Assembly (NCBI GenBank): GCA_963662465.1
Contig: OY759599.1
Location: 5,024,001 to 5,088,000, forward strand
Direction: 5' to 3'
DNA: 64,000 bases
Origin: Desulfatiglandales bacterium
GTDB lineage: Bacteria > Desulfobacterota > DSM-4660 > Desulfatiglandales > Desulfatiglandaceae
Shown here: positions 25,029-34,503 of the stretch, piece by piece
Layout of the letters: each line of letters starts with the position of its first letter
How positions within the stretch are numbered: position 1 is the first letter of the stretch
Notes under the pieces: generated by a model
Seen by the model: the letters and a program-made list of their open reading frames with translations, nothing else
Told to the model about the DNA's origin: nothing
Databases searched by the model: none
Program-made: the position numbers and the translations under genes

Positions 25029-25739
25029 CTATCGATTCAACATATCCTTTACATAAACGGGATCAACCTTAATCCCAGGTCCCATAGTCGAAGAAACCGC
25101 AATACTTCTATAATAAGTTCCTTTACTGGCCGGTGGTTTCAATCTCTGAATCGTTTCAACAAAAGAAGCAACATTTTCCACAAGCTTTTCCAAACCGAAG
25201 TCCATTTTGCCAACTGAAGCATGAACAATACCGGTCTTATCTACTTTAAAATCAATTTTTCCAGCCTTAATCTCCGTTACCGCTCTGGCAACATCGAAGG
25301 TAACCGTCCCCAATTTGGCGTTTGGCATCAATCCTCTGGGTCCCAGTACACGCCCAAGCTTTCCAACAGACCCCATCATATCAGGTGTTGCAATGGCCTT
25401 ATCAAACTCAAGCCAGCCACCTTGAATTTTCTCAAGGAGATCGTCCGACCCTGCATAATCAGCGCCGGCATCCATGGCCTCCTTTTCTTTTTCGCCTTTC
25501 GCAAACACCGCTACCCTGACCTCTTTTCCCACGCCATTCGGAAGCGCTACAGTACCTCTAACCATTTGGTCGGCATGCCTTGGATCAACTCCCAGTTTAA
25601 TTGCCAAATCCAGACTCTCATTGAACCTGGCGTAAACGCAATCAATCGAAAGCTGGATCGCTTCTTCAAACGTATATCGCTTCAGCTTATCAATCTTCTG
25701 AACACTTTCCCTGTATTTTTTACCTTTTACGGCCATCAC
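25029..25739 (-). CDS. rplA: 50S ribosomal protein L1
   Basis: [32 protein letters not shown]. Confidence 0.98.
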   Translation of the reverse strand: MMAVKGKKYRESVQKIDKLKRYTFEEAIQLSIDCVYARFNESLDLAIKLGVDPRHADQMVRGTVALPNGVGKEVRVAVFAKGEKEKEAMDAGADYAGSDDLLEKIQGGWLEFDKAIATPDMMGSVGKLGRVLGPRGLMPNAKLGTVTFDVARAVTEIKAGKIDFKVDKTGIVHASVGKMDFGLEKLVENVASFVETIQRLKPPASKGTYYRSIAVSSTMGPGIKVDPVYVKDMLNR

Positions 25740-25766
25740 TATCTTCCCCTCATCATTGCACGGATG

Positions 25767-26189
25767 CTAAGACACCGTGATCCCCATACTTCTTGCGGTA
25801 CCCTCAATAATCCTCGCCGCGCCTTCTATATCAATGGCATTTAAGTCTTCCATTTTGGTCCTAGCGATCTCCTCAATCTGTTTCCGCGTAACCGTTCCTA
25901 CCTTGTCGCGATTAGGTTCTGAAGACCCTTTTGCAATTTTTGCGACCTGCTTCAACAGAACGGATGCCGGAGGCGTCTTTGTAATAAAGGAAAAAGACCT
26001 GTCCGCATATATGGTAATGATAACAGGGATTACGGTCCCCGTCTGGTCCTGAGTCCTTGCATTAAATGCCTTACAAAATTCCGCGATATTAACGCCATGC
26101 TGACCCAATGCAGGACCTATGGGCGGTGAAGGATTTGCCTGCCCGCCTTTTACCTGCAATTTAACAGATCCGATGATTTTCTTTGCCAT
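25767..26189 (-). CDS. rplK: 50S ribosomal protein L11
   Basis: [24 protein letters not shown]. Confidence 0.99.
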   Translation of the reverse strand: MAKKIIGSVKLQVKGGQANPSPPIGPALGQHGVNIAEFCKAFNARTQDQTGTVIPVIITIYADRSFSFITKTPPASVLLKQVAKIAKGSSEPNRDKVGTVTRKQIEEIARTKMEDLNAIDIEGAARIIEGTARSMGITVS

Positions 26190-26243
26190 TGTTTAATCCC
26201 TTATATGTTCCTTGCGAATGATGGGGGGCATCGACTGTCTTAA

Positions 26244-26774
26244 TCAAATGGTGGTAACTTGAATAAAATCCAGCTCCACAGGAGTCGGCCGTCCAAAAAT
26301 GGTAATAAGAACTCTTAATTTCTCTTTATCGGGTTTTACTTCGGAAACTGATCCTTGAAAATTGGTAAAAGGACCATCAATCACCCGTACCTCATCTCCC
26401 TCTTCAAAATTGTACCTGGCCTTAGGCCTATTCACACCCTCTTCCATCTGTTGTATGACCCGTTCGGCCTCTTCGGCCGACACCGGCGTGGGATTAACTT
26501 CTCCGCCAACGAACCCCGTTACTTTCGCCGTATTCCGAACCGTATGCCAGGTATCCTGGTTAATATTCATCTCAACCAGGATATAACCAGGATAAAATTT
26601 TCTGGATGTCGTCTTCTTCTGCCCTTTTTTTAATTCAACGACTTGTTCAGTGGGAACCAGTATCCTTCCAAAGCAATCTTCCTGCCCAAAGGATTCGATC
26701 CGTTCTTCCAGGCTTTTTTTAACTTTATCCTCAAACCCGGAATAGGTATGAACAATGTACCATTTTAATTCCAC
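26244..26774 (-). CDS. nusG: Transcription termination/antitermination factor NusG
   Basis: WYIVHTYSGFE, YPGYILV, IFGRPTPVEL. Confidence 0.98.
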   Translation of the reverse strand: MELKWYIVHTYSGFEDKVKKSLEERIESFGQEDCFGRILVPTEQVVELKKGQKKTTSRKFYPGYILVEMNINQDTWHTVRNTAKVTGFVGGEVNPTPVSAEEAERVIQQMEEGVNRPKARYNFEEGDEVRVIDGPFTNFQGSVSEVKPDKEKLRVLITIFGRPTPVELDFIQVTTI

Positions 26775-26844
26775 AAAAACCCCTGATCACCGAAAAAAGT
26801 TCATGTACAGCAGAATCCCCAAAAAAAAACGCTCCAGCAAAAAA

Positions 26845-27231
26845 CTAACCAACCACATGCTTTATAATCTTAATAAGGCCCAAATCTACCAAACCAAGAT
26901 AAAAAGAGACAAGCATCGTCAATACAATAACAACCACCGTAGAAGCAATCAATTCTTTACGGGTAGGCCACTTGACCTTTTTCAGCTCCACCTTGGCTTG
27001 TCGCAAAAACAAACCCACGGTTTTAAACCAATTGGACATACCCCCGCTATCGCCGGATTTTTTTGCTTTTGCTGTTTTCTGAGCAACCCGCCCGGACTTT
27101 GTATCCATCGACGCCCCATTTTTAACGGGGTTCACCAACACAGCCCCTGCACCTATTGTAGCCGCATCTTTCATTTTTTTGTCGGGGCTTTTGTTACTTT
27201 TTGATTTTCGGCTATTCTTTTTCATTCGCAC
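26845..27231 (-). CDS. secE: Preprotein translocase subunit SecE with a basic N-terminal extension
   Basis: ELKKVKWPTRKE followed by one TM helix; between tRNA-Trp and nusG. Confidence 0.93.
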   Translation of the reverse strand: MRMKKNSRKSKSNKSPDKKMKDAATIGAGAVLVNPVKNGASMDTKSGRVAQKTAKAKKSGDSGGMSNWFKTVGLFLRQAKVELKKVKWPTRKELIASTVVVIVLTMLVSFYLGLVDLGLIKIIKHVVG

Positions 27232-27318
27232 ATGAACTTCCTTAAGCTTCCCCTGAACCGAAAAGGATTGAGAACGCCGTCACTGGATAAAAATTTCTCA
27301 AAAACCTCACAAAAAAAA

Positions 27319-27395
27319 TGGCAGGCCAGGAGGGATTCGAACCCACAACACCCGGATTTGGAGTCCGGTGCTCTAGCCGTTAGAGCTACTGGCCT
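27319..27395 (-). tRNA. tRNA-Trp (CCA)
   Basis: Cloverleaf AGGCCAG...anticodon loop CTCCAAA...GTTCGAATC...CCA end. Confidence 0.96.
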
Positions 27396-27410
27396 GCATT
27401 CGTCAACAAA

Positions 27411-27560
27411 CTACTTGGTTTCTTTGTGAAGCGTATGGGTCCTGCAATAAGGACAGTACTTTTTAAATCCCAGTTTATCCGGAGTCTTTTTCTTATTTTT
27501 TGTGGTTGTATAATTCCTGTTTTTGCAATGCTCACAGGCCAATGTCGTAATATCACGCAT
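27411..27560 (-). CDS. rpmG: 50S ribosomal protein L33 (Zn-ribbon form), 49 aa
   Basis: Manual translation [49 protein letters not shown]; not in ORF track. Confidence 0.97.
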   Translation of the reverse strand: MRDITTLACEHCKNRNYTTTKNKKKTPDKLGFKKYCPYCRTHTLHKETK

Positions 27561-27579
27561 CCTGTTAAAGGTCTCCTAA

Positions 27580-28773
27580 TTATTCAATAATTTCGCTGAT
27601 AACGCCGGCGCCGACTGTCCTGCCGCCCTCGCGAATGGCAAAGCGAAGTTCCTTTTCCATGGCAATGGGCGTAATCAAAACAACCTCCATGGACACATTG
27701 TCCCCCGGCATCACCATCTCCACGCCTTCCGGAAGCGTCGTCACGCCGGTCACATCCGTCGTCCTGAAATAAAACTGAGGGCGATATCCATTAAAGAACG
27801 GCGTGTGCCTGCCGCCCTCCTCTTTCGTCAAGATATAGGCTTCCGCTTTAAACTTCGTATGGGGCTTAATGGACCCGGGTTTTGCCACCACCTGTCCACG
27901 TTCCACCTCATCACGTTTTGTACCGCGAATCAAAACACCGATATTGTCGCCCGCCAGACCCTGGTCCAGAATCTTCCGGAACATCTCAACACCGGTACAA
28001 ACCGTTTTCATGGTATCTTTGATGCCGACAATCTCGACTTCGTCGCCCACCTTTACGATGCCCCGTTCCACACGGCCCGTCACGACGGTTCCCCGGCCCG
28101 AAATGCTGAATACGTCTTCAATGGGCATCAAGAACGGTTTATCCGTGTCGCGCACCGGTTCAGGAATGTATTCATCAATGGCATCCATCAATTCAAAGAT
28201 AGCCTTAACATCCTCCGAATCCGATTCTTCCGCTTCCAGGGCCTTCAAGGCGCTCCCCTTGATAATCGGGATATCATCACCAGGAAACTCATACTTGCTC
28301 AGCAGCTCTCGCATCTCAAGCTCAACCAGCTCAATAAGCTCTTCATCGTCCACCATGTCACACTTATTGAGGAAAACCACCATACTGGGAACACCCACCT
28401 GCCGGGCCAGCAATATATGTTCCCGTGTCTGGGGCATGGGGCCGTCGTCTGCGCCAACCACCAAAATAGCGCCGTCCATCTGGGCAGCACCCGTAATCAT
28501 GTTCTTAATGTAGTCCGCATGGCCGGGGCAATCCACATGGGCATAATGACGTTTGTCCGTCTCATACTCAACGTGGGCAGTCGCAATGGTAATACCCCTG
28601 GCCTTTTCCTCAGGCGCTTTATCAATCTGGTCAAAAGGGATAAAAGTCGACATCCCTTTTTTTGCCAGATGCTTCGTGATTGCCGCAGTCAGGGTCGTTT
28701 TGCCATGATCAATATGGCCGATGGTTCCCACGTTTAAATGGGGCTTCGTCCTCTCAAATTTCATTTTGGCCAT
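27580..28773 (-). CDS. tuf: Elongation factor Tu (tRNA-cluster copy)
   Basis: Protein matches the 12705 copy except Ala/Pro at DVKA/DVKP. Confidence 0.99.
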   Translation of the reverse strand: MAKMKFERTKPHLNVGTIGHIDHGKTTLTAAITKHLAKKGMSTFIPFDQIDKAPEEKARGITIATAHVEYETDKRHYAHVDCPGHADYIKNMITGAAQMDGAILVVGADDGPMPQTREHILLARQVGVPSMVVFLNKCDMVDDEELIELVELEMRELLSKYEFPGDDIPIIKGSALKALEAEESDSEDVKAIFELMDAIDEYIPEPVRDTDKPFLMPIEDVFSISGRGTVVTGRVERGIVKVGDEVEIVGIKDTMKTVCTGVEMFRKILDQGLAGDNIGVLIRGTKRDEVERGQVVAKPGSIKPHTKFKAEAYILTKEEGGRHTPFFNGYRPQFYFRTTDVTGVTTLPEGVEMVMPGDNVSMEVVLITPIAMEKELRFAIREGGRTVGAGVISEIIE

Positions 28774-28869
28774 TTTCATGCCCTCCTAACTGCGTTCCTA
28801 CGCGACATCCATTTGCAAACGCTCTTGCACCGTCAAAATATCCGCCACGATTTACTGCTTATTGAATAA

Positions 28870-28946
28870 TGGAGCCCACGACCGGGATCGAACCGGTGAA
28901 CCTCATCCTTACCAAGGATGCGCTCTACCTACTGAGCTACGTGGGC
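28870..28946 (-). tRNA. tRNA-Thr (GGT)
   Basis: GCCCACG acceptor stem, loop TTGGTAA, GTTCGATC, CCA end. Confidence 0.96.
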
Positions 28947-29030
28947 GTTATCCTACAAAATATAGTGCCTTAACTGCGGCAAAAATGGAGCGTAGCAACA
29001 ACTATCGATAATACTCGCCCCAAGATTCTC

Positions 29031-29107
29031 TGGAGCGGGAAACGGGACTCGAACCCGCGACCCTCAGCTTGGAAGGCTGACGCTCTAGCCAACTGAGCTA
29101 TTCCCGC
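29031..29107 (-). tRNA. tRNA-Gly (TCC)
   Basis: GCGGGAA acceptor stem, loop CTTCCAA, GTTCGAGTC, CCA end. Confidence 0.96.
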
Positions 29108-29218
29108 CAATTTAAACCTTTATAATTACTTCATACTCATATATCACGGAAGACCACACCTCAAACTCGGAAAATCAACGCCTTTCCCCAAAGCACAAAG
29201 ATGTTATTTTTTGGGGGG

Positions 29219-29303
<85 letters not shown>

Positions 29304-29334
29304 ACAATGAATCCCTCTTTCTTTGATCCTGCCG

Positions 29335-29410
29335 TGGAGCCAGCGAAGGGAATCGAACCCCCGACCCACTGATTACAAATCAGTTGCTCTGCCATCTGAG
29401 CTACGCTGGC
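29335..29410 (-). tRNA. tRNA-Thr (TGT)
   Basis: GCCAGCG acceptor stem, loop TTTGTAA, GTTCGATTC, CCA end. Confidence 0.96.
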
Positions 29411-29718
29411 GAATAATGCTTGCAAACAAATTATCAGTATAATTTCAAGTTCAAAAAACTACAACCCTGATTTAATCCGATTTTCAGGGAATTTTCCGGG
29501 AAAATATGGAATTGAGCCGCAAAAATTCCAATTATCATAGATAATCACGCTTTTTCGTGACATTTCACGATATCAAACGGTTTAACGCTTATGGTACAAG
29601 CTTTTTCTTCCTTCGCACTCGAAGGGATACCAAAAAAACCGCTGCGAAGGCGCCCTATCTGAAGGTTTATGGAAGACCTTTACATTTAATTCAGCGCCAC
29701 CAACACCCAAACAGGAGG

Positions 29719-29747
29719 AACATAGGGGGAAAACCTTTAACTGTCAA
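29719..29747 (-). promoter_or_regulatory. Putative sigma-70 promoter upstream of the tRNA-tuf operon
   Basis: Minus strand TTGACA-N17-TATGTT. Confidence 0.55.
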
Positions 29748-29948
29748 TATGTATTTTCATATGGGCTCACGGATCCTGCGTTTTTCGCGTTTGTTTTCTT
29801 TCGTTTATTTAGTTTTGGAGATTTAAAAATTTTCGTTAACCATCAAACATCACACGGTTTTTTTGTGGTCTGTTCCCCTTCGGCGGATGAGCATCTTAAT
29901 TTTGAAACATATACCGCTTATATTTTTAAAATATTCGACAATAAGTGC

Positions 29949-29977
29949 TTGAACAGTTAATTTGTTTATGGTAGCTT
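29949..29977 (+). promoter_or_regulatory. Putative sigma-70 promoter of the 87-aa membrane protein gene
   Basis: TTGAAC-N17-TAGCTT with extended -10 TG. Confidence 0.45.
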
Positions 29978-30067
29978 TGCTGTATGTAAGGTTCTGGTTG
30001 GAGTCAAAAAGCGCCGCTCATCGCTTTTTTTTATCAAGTTTTAACAATTAATTGAGGAGGAATTGGA

Positions 30068-30331
30068 ATGGCAGCTTTAGGTGGAGGTTTGGTAGCATTA
30101 TTGCTTGGTATCATTGGAATTATTACTTGGTGGGGCTATTTCGCAAAGGCTCTTTTGGCAGCGGTTCCCGCCATGCTGATTTTGGGAGGCGCCTTGGCCG
30201 CTTACCTGGGATTTGAAGAATTGAAAGACAAAAAAAACACCCCGGAGCCCTTTGATGAAACCAATAGCCTCAAGGGTGAAATTAATACGCTTAAAGAGGA
30301 ACTCACAAAACTGAAAGCAGAAAAGAAGTAG
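30068..30331 (+). CDS. Small two-TM membrane protein with C-terminal coiled coil, MamI-like
   Basis: GAGGAGG SD; two hydrophobic helices with GLxAL..G..G...WW and AVP..L...G..A...G pattern recalled from magnetosome MamI. Confidence 0.75.
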   Translation: MAALGGGLVALLLGIIGIITWWGYFAKALLAAVPAMLILGGALAAYLGFEELKDKKNTPEPFDETNSLKGEINTLKEELTKLKAEKK

Positions 30332-30359
30332 TATCAACGAATAGCCGGTGGCATGACTC

Positions 30360-30410
30360 AAAAAAAAGGGCTCCTGAATTGAAGGTATTAATCGGGAACC
30401 CTTTTTTTTT
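30360..30410. terminator. Bidirectional intrinsic terminator between convergent genes
   Basis: A-run, GGGCTCC...GGAACCC stem, T-run. Confidence 0.7.
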
Positions 30411-30413
30411 GTT

Positions 30414-30830
30414 TCAGGGAATTTCCAGCGCATTAAAAAAATAATTGATTTCAATTTCAGCATTTTCCGGTGAGTCAGATCCATGCACCACGTTCTTTTC
30501 AATGTCCGTGGCAAAATCCCGCCGTATGGTCCCTTCGGCCGCGTCTTTGTAATTTGTCGCCCCCATAAGTTCCCGGTACCGAGCGATCACATTTTCTCCT
30601 TCCAATATCATAACAACACACGGTCCGGACGACATGAAGTCGGTAACGCTTTCAAAAAAAGGTTTTCCCTCATGCACCTTGTAAAAACCTTTTGCCTGCG
30701 CCTTGCTCATCTGAATCATCTTCATAGCGCCAACATTGAGCCCTTCCTTCTCCAGGCGACGGATAACATCTCCGATCACATTTCTCGAAACACCATCCGG
30801 TTTTATGATTGATAAAGTTCGCTCCTTCAT
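30414..30830 (-). CDS. ndk: Nucleoside diphosphate kinase
   Basis: [24 protein letters not shown]. Confidence 0.98.
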   Translation of the reverse strand: MKERTLSIIKPDGVSRNVIGDVIRRLEKEGLNVGAMKMIQMSKAQAKGFYKVHEGKPFFESVTDFMSSGPCVVMILEGENVIARYRELMGATNYKDAAEGTIRRDFATDIEKNVVHGSDSPENAEIEINYFFNALEIP

Positions 30831-31048
30831 CCTAAAAATCCTCCTCTTTCATAATTTTAATTGACCCAGCGCTTTCGTTGCTGGTATAGACCTTCCCTGG
30901 GTTCTGAATCCATTTAAATCCACCCTCGGCAAAAACCTGACTAATCGGCTTCTTCACCTTAATCGTACCAAAGCCCCCAATAAGAATCAAATGGGCACGG
31001 GTTAGTCAAGAAGTTTATGATCAATGGAAAATCAATTTCTAAAAGGAA

Positions 31049-31825
31049 ATGCACATAATGAGCCAATCAAAAAGTCACCCAACAACAGATAAACCGCTTA
31101 GAATGGATCCTGACCAACTTTTCCGTTTCAAATGCGGCCCCGGGGTTCCCTGTTTCACTGACTGCTGCAGAGATATCACCATTTTGCTAACCCCGTACGA
31201 TGTGGTCCGGTTAAAAAACGCACTTCGAATCTCTTCAGGGGATTTCCTTGACCAATATACGATCATTGTTCCCAAGGAAAAGCGGCTGATTCCCATGGTC
31301 GTCCTCAAAATGAACGAAGAAAACGACAAGCGTTGCCCATTCGTCGGCAAGGAGGGATGCAGCGTTTACAACGATCGGCCATGGCCATGCAGGATGTATC
31401 CACTGAACATGAATGATGACGGCAGCTTCGGCCTCATCGCCGATCCAGCAATATGCAAGGGCCTGGAACAACCCGATCATGCCAGGATATCCAGCTGGCT
31501 TATCGAACAGGGCGTCCCCATATATGACGAAATGAACATGCTGTTTTCGCAAGTCACAACCCCTTTGCAGGCCCAGGAATTGGACATTGACAATCCTAAA
31601 ATTTATCAAATGACTTTTATGGCGCTGTATAACCTGGATAAATTCAAGGACTTTATATTTAACAGCACCTTCTTAGATCGCTTCGTGATTGATGATCTTT
31701 CCATTGAAAAACTAAAAAGAAGCGACGTTGAACTTTTGAAATTTGCGTTTGACTGGATTAAGTTTGGCGTTTTTGGGCAGAAAACACTTCAAGTCAAAGA
31801 AGCCCCTCAGAACAATGACCATTAA
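31049..31825 (+). CDS. YkgJ-family cysteine-cluster (putative Zn/Fe-S) protein, paralogue 1
   Basis: C-x5-C-x3-CC, LTPYD, CPF...C..Y.DRP..CR.YP, C.G; start may be ATG 31058. Confidence 0.85.
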   Translation: MHIMSQSKSHPTTDKPLRMDPDQLFRFKCGPGVPCFTDCCRDITILLTPYDVVRLKNALRISSGDFLDQYTIIVPKEKRLIPMVVLKMNEENDKRCPFVGKEGCSVYNDRPWPCRMYPLNMNDDGSFGLIADPAICKGLEQPDHARISSWLIEQGVPIYDEMNMLFSQVTTPLQAQELDIDNPKIYQMTFMALYNLDKFKDFIFNSTFLDRFVIDDLSIEKLKRSDVELLKFAFDWIKFGVFGQKTLQVKEAPQNNDH

Positions 31826-31855
31826 TCTAAAATCCCATTAATATTGGAATAAACA

Positions 31856-32611
31856 ATGCGCTATCACGAAAAACCTGATGTATTCAAACCCTTTTCAGGC
31901 AGTACCTTTCAATTTGAATGTCACAAGGGCATTTCATGTTTCACGGAATGTTGCGCCAAACTCCGGTTGCTCCTGACGCCCTACGATATTCTTCGCATGA
32001 AAAACCGCTTGAACCTTCCCTCCAATGAATTCCTGGAACAGTACACGGAAACCGTTTTAGAGCGTCACTCACGATTTCCCATGGTCAAACTGAGCATGGG
32101 AAAAGACAAAGAGCATCGGTGCCCTTTTGTAACGGATACGGGGTGTACCATTTATGAAGATCGACCGGAGGCCTGCCGAATTTATCCAGTGGGCAGGGCA
32201 TCGGCGATCGTCGACCGGGAACAGGAAACGCGGGAAAAGTATTTTATCGTCACGGAACCCCATTGCCGGGGTTTTCATGAAAAAAAAGAATGGACACTGG
32301 AAGAATGGTTGAATCACGAAGGCGTAAAAGAATACAAGGCCATGAACCATCAATGGCTGGGAATCATAACATCCCCAAAAAGCATGGGGCCCAAAGCCCA
32401 CCTTGCTCAAAAGCACCAGATGTTTTTCATGGTCTCCTATAACCTGGATAAGTTTAAACAGTTTCTCTTTGGCAGCAAATTCTTTGATCATTTTGAGGTC
32501 AGCGAGGACTTAAAAAACAGGATGGAAACAGACGACGCGGCACTCATGGGCTTTGGATTTGACTGGCTCAAATTCAGCCTTTTTGGAGAGAAAACGCTTC
32601 AAACAAAATAA
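31856..32611 (+). CDS. YkgJ-family cysteine-cluster protein, paralogue 2
   Basis: Same Cys pattern; shares YNLDKFK.F.F and FDW.KF..FG with paralogue 1. Confidence 0.85.
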   Translation: MRYHEKPDVFKPFSGSTFQFECHKGISCFTECCAKLRLLLTPYDILRMKNRLNLPSNEFLEQYTETVLERHSRFPMVKLSMGKDKEHRCPFVTDTGCTIYEDRPEACRIYPVGRASAIVDREQETREKYFIVTEPHCRGFHEKKEWTLEEWLNHEGVKEYKAMNHQWLGIITSPKSMGPKAHLAQKHQMFFMVSYNLDKFKQFLFGSKFFDHFEVSEDLKNRMETDDAALMGFGFDWLKFSLFGEKTLQTK

Positions 32612-32614
32612 TTT

Positions 32615-32664
32615 AAAAAAAGCCGGGGGATACGCCTCGAATTTCAAGGCACACCCCCCGGCTT
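32615..32664 (-). terminator. Intrinsic terminator for the GcvH-like gene (possibly bidirectional)
   Basis: AAGCCGGGGG...CCCCCGGCTT stem preceded by an A-run on the plus strand. Confidence 0.7.
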
Positions 32665-32690
32665 GACTGCGATTTTTCCGGGCGTTTCGA

Positions 32691-33620
32691 TCAGCTTCTC
32701 AGAAATTTTTTCACGAAACCCGCCCAACTCTTGCCGCCGATCGCTTCAAAAACATCATCCACCGAAGCGCCGCCGTCGGCTGCCATTCTGAAGTCTTCAT
32801 CGGCCATTGCCCAGAGACGTTCGGCTTCTTCACCCATGAAATTTTCCGCCTGCTCTCCAAAATAGAGACCCTTCAGGTTTTTTTTCATTTTCGTCGGTTC
32901 GATGATAAACAACCATCCGTCTTCATAGGGAGATTCACTGATCAATTCCGGGTTGTCGGCAACACGATCATTAATACGCGCCACGATGCCGTCGACCGGA
33001 GAGAGTACACGCGCGACCTCATTATTCCGTCTCACATCAAAACTCGCCATTCCCTGTTTGACTTCATGGCCTATTCCGGGAAGATCAACCCCCCCCAGTT
33101 TACCCATCATTTTTCTGGCGAAATCGTCCAACCCAACCCTGATCCGTCCGCCATACTCCGGCTTGGCCCACATATGGCCTTCGTGATAATAGACACCTTC
33201 GGCCACCTGAAACCCCTCCACCGCTTTGCCCAGTTTAGCCGGAAGCGCCTCACTCTGCAAACGGCCCTGCATCATCTGGTCAAAGGAACAAGTCCCACAC
33301 TCATAAACATTCGGACAGATTTTCCGGCTCACTTCCCCGGTAATCATATAACGGCACTTTCTCTGGGAAGCGGGAAGCTTCATCATCCGATCCACCCAGC
33401 TTTCAGTGAAATTATCAGGCGTCATTTCAACCGTTGATACCGCCGCCATTTCCTTCTGCTTAGCAACCTTCAGCTGCATACCCTGGTCGTAAACGCAGGT
33501 CGGACAATCAAAATTGTTGTCGCAAAGTTTGTATGAAACCACACCGGCTTCCATCCATACGCATTTCTTTTTTCCGGGCGGTACAATTTTCATAGACTCT
33601 CTCTTGGCTTTGGCTCCCAT
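32691..33620 (-). CDS. GcvH-fold protein lacking the lipoyl-lysine, with two N-terminal 4-Cys repeats
   Basis: YYHEGHMWA...RVGLDDFA...SPVDG...NPELISESPYEDGWL is H-protein-like; ESVK replaced by RRNN; two C-x12-C-x5-C-x2-C repeats. Confidence 0.85.
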   Translation of the reverse strand: MGAKAKRESMKIVPPGKKKCVWMEAGVVSYKLCDNNFDCPTCVYDQGMQLKVAKQKEMAAVSTVEMTPDNFTESWVDRMMKLPASQRKCRYMITGEVSRKICPNVYECGTCSFDQMMQGRLQSEALPAKLGKAVEGFQVAEGVYYHEGHMWAKPEYGGRIRVGLDDFARKMMGKLGGVDLPGIGHEVKQGMASFDVRRNNEVARVLSPVDGIVARINDRVADNPELISESPYEDGWLFIIEPTKMKKNLKGLYFGEQAENFMGEEAERLWAMADEDFRMAADGGASVDDVFEAIGGKSWAGFVKKFLRS

Positions 33621-33701
33621 TTTTCACCCTCCTGCAATAAAATAGATTAAATTAAATTCATATATAAAAACTTTCATTGTTTCCATTTTGGCATTTAAGA
33701 G

Positions 33702-33718
33702 TGCAAGGGGGATGCCAA
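33702..33718 (-). promoter_or_regulatory. Sigma-54 (-24/-12) promoter
   Basis: Minus strand TTGGCATCCCCCTTGCA (GG-N10-GC) about 80 nt upstream of the GcvH-like start. Confidence 0.8.
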
Positions 33719-33942
33719 TTTACAAGACATATACCGAGAAATCTTACAAGATGTTGTTTTCGTTAACACAATTTTTTCAAAACCTACCCTGGCACAACTT
33801 GCCAAGATAAGGGCATTTTGGTGAGATACTCGACACTATTTGGAGGAGAACCCACGATATTCAGCACAACCACTTGTTTTATTAGTATAAAATCTTACAT
33901 GTGGTACAAATAGACATATGCCGAAATTCTATACAATCAAAG

Positions 33943-34497
33943 TCAAGTGGACTGCGGTAACGGGTTCAGTCCCCATTTGAAGAGTTCCCGGCAGGTGGGA
34001 CAAAACTCGGTTTTCTTTGAATCGGTATCCTCTATCCGCGTGGACGAAAACATGACGCACCGACGATCCCGGCAATGGATGAGCCCCAGGCTGTGCCCGA
34101 ACTCATGAACAGCCGTTTTTTCCACGCGGGCCAGAAGTAAATCGTGGTCGGCAGGCTGATCGTAATACAGGGGATCAAGCCGCCGGGTAGAAATAATCCC
34201 ACATTTTCCGGACATTTCAGCCGCCCCGAAAACAAAAGTCAAAATAGGGATATACAGGTCTACCTGGGTTACCCCTATGATTTTAAAGGTCTCCCTGGGA
34301 CAACATGCCGCCAGACGCTTTAAAACCCGTTTTGAACTATATTGCCCGCGTCCTTCATCATAGGCATAGGTGGGGTCCGCCATGGCCGGCAAAACCCTCA
34401 CAATCATTTTCGACCGTGTTTCAATGCTTGCCGAAACGCAACCGAGAACATCCTCATGAACAAAACCAATGGGGCAAACAAAAATACCTTTCCGCAC
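33943..34497 (-). CDS. Archaemetzincin-family Zn metalloprotease (peptidase M54)
   Basis: HEFGHSLGLIHC...CVM...FCPTC; DLY...FVFG. Confidence 0.9.
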   Translation of the reverse strand: MRKGIFVCPIGFVHEDVLGCVSASIETRSKMIVRVLPAMADPTYAYDEGRGQYSSKRVLKRLAACCPRETFKIIGVTQVDLYIPILTFVFGAAEMSGKCGIISTRRLDPLYYDQPADHDLLLARVEKTAVHEFGHSLGLIHCRDRRCVMFSSTRIEDTDSKKTEFCPTCRELFKWGLNPLPQST

Positions 34498-34503
34498 AAC
34501 GAA

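Noticed and set aside
28986..28992. TGGAGCG matching the tRNA-Gly 3-prime end (possible att remnant)
   Set aside because: Only 7 bp; expected by chance.
32691..33620. Gene symbol gcvH
   Set aside because: No lipoyl-lysine, extra Cys repeats and no gcvPT neighbours.
33688..33705. Plus-strand sigma-54-like TTGGCATTTAAGAGTGCA
   Set aside because: GG-to-GC spacing is 11 rather than 10, and it faces no gene start.
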